From positions 2,710,866 through 2,774,865 of the forward strand of contig MU053379.1 in NCBI GenBank assembly GCA_013239625.1: a DNA stretch of 64,000 bases, given 5' to 3'. Source of the stretch: Lama guanicoe. Lineage: Eukaryota. Position 1 is the first letter of the stretch. Each line of letters opens with the position of its first letter. The notes below the pieces were generated by a model. The model ran no database searches. It was given only the letters and a program-made list of their open reading frames with translations, and was not told the origin of the DNA. Position numbers and translations under genes: made by a program. Shown here one piece after another: positions 61,116-64,000 of the stretch.

Positions 61116-64000
61116 AGGCCCAGGCGGACGGACACGCGCCCCTCTGGCCCCAGGCGCCTGGCTACCCCGCCGTCTGCCCTGCAGCGGGCGAGGACAGGGG
61201 ACGGTCGGGGTAGCCGTGGCCTTTCTGGTCAGTTTCACTGGAGCTTCACTGCGGCCTTTCCTGAGCCGGGGGCGCGCAGGGACCCGGGCCGCCCCCTCCC
61301 AGGTGGAAACCTCCCCCTGTGCGCCCCACGTTTCCTGCCACCCCGGTCTGCTCGGTGCCATCCCAGCTCTTCGCAGCATCATTCCCTGCTTATGATTTTC
61401 CAACATTTTCTGGCTTCGCTTCGCCCTCTCGGCCCACGCCACCCTTCCGGTCGCTCGGCCCCGGGACCGTCTAACCCGCCTCCCCATGCCGGGCCCAGAC
61501 AGTCCAACCGGAGGCGAAAACAAACAGCCCTGAGGGCACTTCAAGGAGCATGCGGCGGCCCGACGGCACACTCGGGAGGATGAAAGGGGCGGCCGGCCAC
61601 CCCGTGGGCCCCGGCGAATAATGGGCGCGCAGCAGATTGCCGGGGGCACTTGAAACTCGAGGGGAGGGAACTGCTCGAGCGCGGTCCCTCCCCGCGCCCG
61701 GCGGCCAGCGCAGCCTCGCGGATTCGCCCTCGTCCCTCTCTTTCATGCTCTGTCCTTTTGTGCGGAATTATTTAAACGGGAGATCCGTGGCAGCTTTATG
61801 CTAATGCGCTGAACAAAGGCGACGGCCCGTGGGCGGGGGCCCGGAAGGTGCCCGGAGGCCTGAGCGGGCCGGGCGGGGCGGCGGCGGGCTGCGCGTGTCT
61901 CTCGCGTGCCCCGGGGCCCGATACCACCACCCCTCATTCCTGCAAACACAAAGCCTCTCCGGCTCGGGCCGGCGCGCGCGGCGCACGGGGGTGCGGCCCC
62001 TCCGGGACCTGGCGGCCGGCTCTGCGGCGGTGACGCGCAGTTCAGGCCGGGCGGTGGCTCGAGGGCCCGGAAGGCCGCTGCGAATCCGGGAGAGGGGTCC
62101 GCGGCCGACTGGGGACGCCGTGAGGGCGCTGACAACGCCCCCTCGCGCCTCCCGCGTCTCCAAAGGCGCCGCTCGCCGCGGGGTGAGATTTCGGACCATC
62201 CTGTCCTCGCCTCTCAGGAGCTTAGGGGCTGCCTGGATCCGGCGACGTCCCACAGGGCAATTCCTTGGCCGTTATTCCCTGCCTTAGCGCTTATTTCCAT
62301 GCTTCGTGCTTTCTAGCAACTCCCTGGCGCTAAACTCCTGCGTCCGGGGTCACAGTAAACCCCCACGCGTTCCCCGACAGCAGCCTAGAGCTGCAGGACT
62401 GGAGAGCTTAGAGCGCCCGCGGCCTCCGGCTCCGGAGGCAGAACCCACTGCGGAGACTTCGAGGACCTGAGGCAAAAAGGCCGCCGCATTTTGCCAGAGC
62501 GCTGGCCCGAACCCCACAGGAAGGGGAGGAGTCGCCTGGGGCCTGGGAAGGACACTTCAGGGGTCCTGTCTGGGCTCCCTCTTCTCGCCTACTCCCCTGA
62601 AGCTCCCCTGGAGGAGGCAAATTAGCGCTCAGCGATTCCCCAGCCCAACGCCACGCACCCCTACCCGGAATCGCAGTGCGCAAAGGCCGGCCGCAGCGGC
62701 GCAAAGTGGTGGCGCTTTGCTCTCTAAGAGGAAGGCTAATTTCTCGACTCAGTGTCCGCATGCCCGCGGGCGCGCAGATTCTGAGAAATAAACTCACGCA
62801 AAAGACGGCGGAAACCCACGACCAGGAGCAAGAGTGCACGGTCCTTGGCGGCTGCTGGTGTGTGCGGGAGCGCCGGCCGCCTCATTCTTCCCCAGCCCTA
62901 GGTTATGAAATTAGTTTCTAATACTTGGACATTTCAAGTGTTCATTTGTTTTGACCGTACCTGTCTGAAAGCAAACTTCATTTTCGCTGGCAAGACTAGA
63001 AACCACAAATAAAGAAAAGGAAACGGATCCATTGAATCTCAGTATTTCAATAGTGTTCAATAGATTCTCCTGGCTTAATTCAGAGTCCTGTTTGAATTAG
63101 CTGCATTCAGGCAGGGGTTTTGTTTTGTTTTTTTGCACCACCACCTCCCCACCCACCCCCACCCCCGCCCTCTTTACAATTATGGGTGGTGTTACTTTTA
63201 AAGGATTCACAAGGTGACTAACTCTCCCTGTTATCTGTTGAATGAAAGGGCTGTTACACATGCAAGACCAAATACCCTGCAGTCAGTTGGGGATGGCAGG
63301 CCGAGCCCCCCCCCCATTATTCCACAATCCAGATGGGATTCGTGATTAGAAAATAAAATTGGCCAAAGCTGTCCCGGAATCCCTTTTCCCACTTCTAATT
63401 TCATCAGCAATATCAAGCAGCGCTCAAAAGAGCAAGGAAGTAACACCAGTTACTTTTCGACTGAAAGATAAATACAAATTTTAGATAAACTCATTTTAAG
63501 GTTTCTAACTTTTTTCAGGACTTGCATTTATTGTAGTTAGCATTTTTAAAACGAGGGTGAGCGCTTCCAAAATATACTCCATTATATGTATTCTTCTTTT
63601 TTCAGTCTGAGGTTTTTGGGTTTTTTTAAGTCACAAACATAAAATCACCAAATATCTTTCCCCTTGATTAACTAACTTGATTAACTCTAACCACTGTCCT
63701 CAGCACAACTTATTATTCATGTGTACTCTATGAAAAAAAACTCATTTTCACGCCAGGGTATTTTCAGAGGGAAAATCCAAAACAATTAAATACCTTCAGT
63801 GGAATTAAACATAAGCAAAACTCAGCAAAATCTATCTGGGTGCACAGAGCTTCGCAGAGAAAATGTCTGTTTCCTTCTTTTTCAGTAAAGTGACGTTTTC
63901 CTCACAACACATTTATGCGGCTTTGCTGTTCCCCAGTCATGGCCCAGGGCCACTACGCACGCACTCTTGGGGTTCTGGCCTCGGCCCCGCAAGGTTCTGC

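Larger units (their letters stand above)
60430..62900. promoter_or_regulatory. CpG island, probably the INSM1 upstream regulatory region
   Basis: Visibly high GC and CpG density with no credible ORF. In human, INSM1 lies a few kb downstream of the CFAP61 3' end (recalled synteny). The INSM1 CDS is not in the window. Confidence 0.8.

Noticed and set aside
60694..62839. Multiple Pro/Arg/Gly-rich ORFs as INSM1 or a novel gene
   Set aside because: No SNAG start (MPRGFLV) or C2H2 zinc fingers; ORF 61906 begins MPRGP from a GTG codon and diverges at once. These are low-complexity CpG-island artefacts.
1..64000. Prokaryote-type novel system (operon, CRISPR, defence island)
   Set aside because: The sequence is clearly mammalian (spliceosomal introns, L1/L2/MIR/MLT repeats, CpG island). 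No foreign-looking insert was seen.

Overview
Mammalian genomic DNA, very probably camelid: it carries a tRNA-Ala-like SINE of the vic-1 type and L1 3' ends resembling camelid subfamilies. The window holds the 3' end of CFAP61 (C20orf26) on the + strand. This comprises a >45 kb intron, the 91-bp penultimate coding exon (45823-45913), a 12-kb last intron filled mostly by sense-strand L1, and the terminal exon (57988-58188 CDS, AATAAA at 58443). A CpG island follows at about 60.4-62.9 kb. By recalled human synteny it is the upstream regulatory region of INSM1, whose coding sequence should lie just past the window. Most ORFs in the track are L1 fragments or GC-rich noise, and much of the window is transposon-derived: two near-full-length dead L1s, many truncated or nested L1s, L2, MIR, MLT LTRs, MER58A and MER33. 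I found no convincing new protein-coding system. The best signals are regulatory or structural: an exact ASCL1/Brn(POU3F) composite motif plus a one-mismatch copy; a perfect RFX X-box next to a forkhead site in an intronic non-repeat block; a CTCF site with upstream motif in the 3'UTR; a 24-bp palindrome at an L1 deletion junction; inverted L1s flanking the penultimate exon; and locally CpG-enriched ancient repeats suggesting GC-biased gene conversion. Repeat names, boundaries and gene identity come from recalled sequences, not from database searches.
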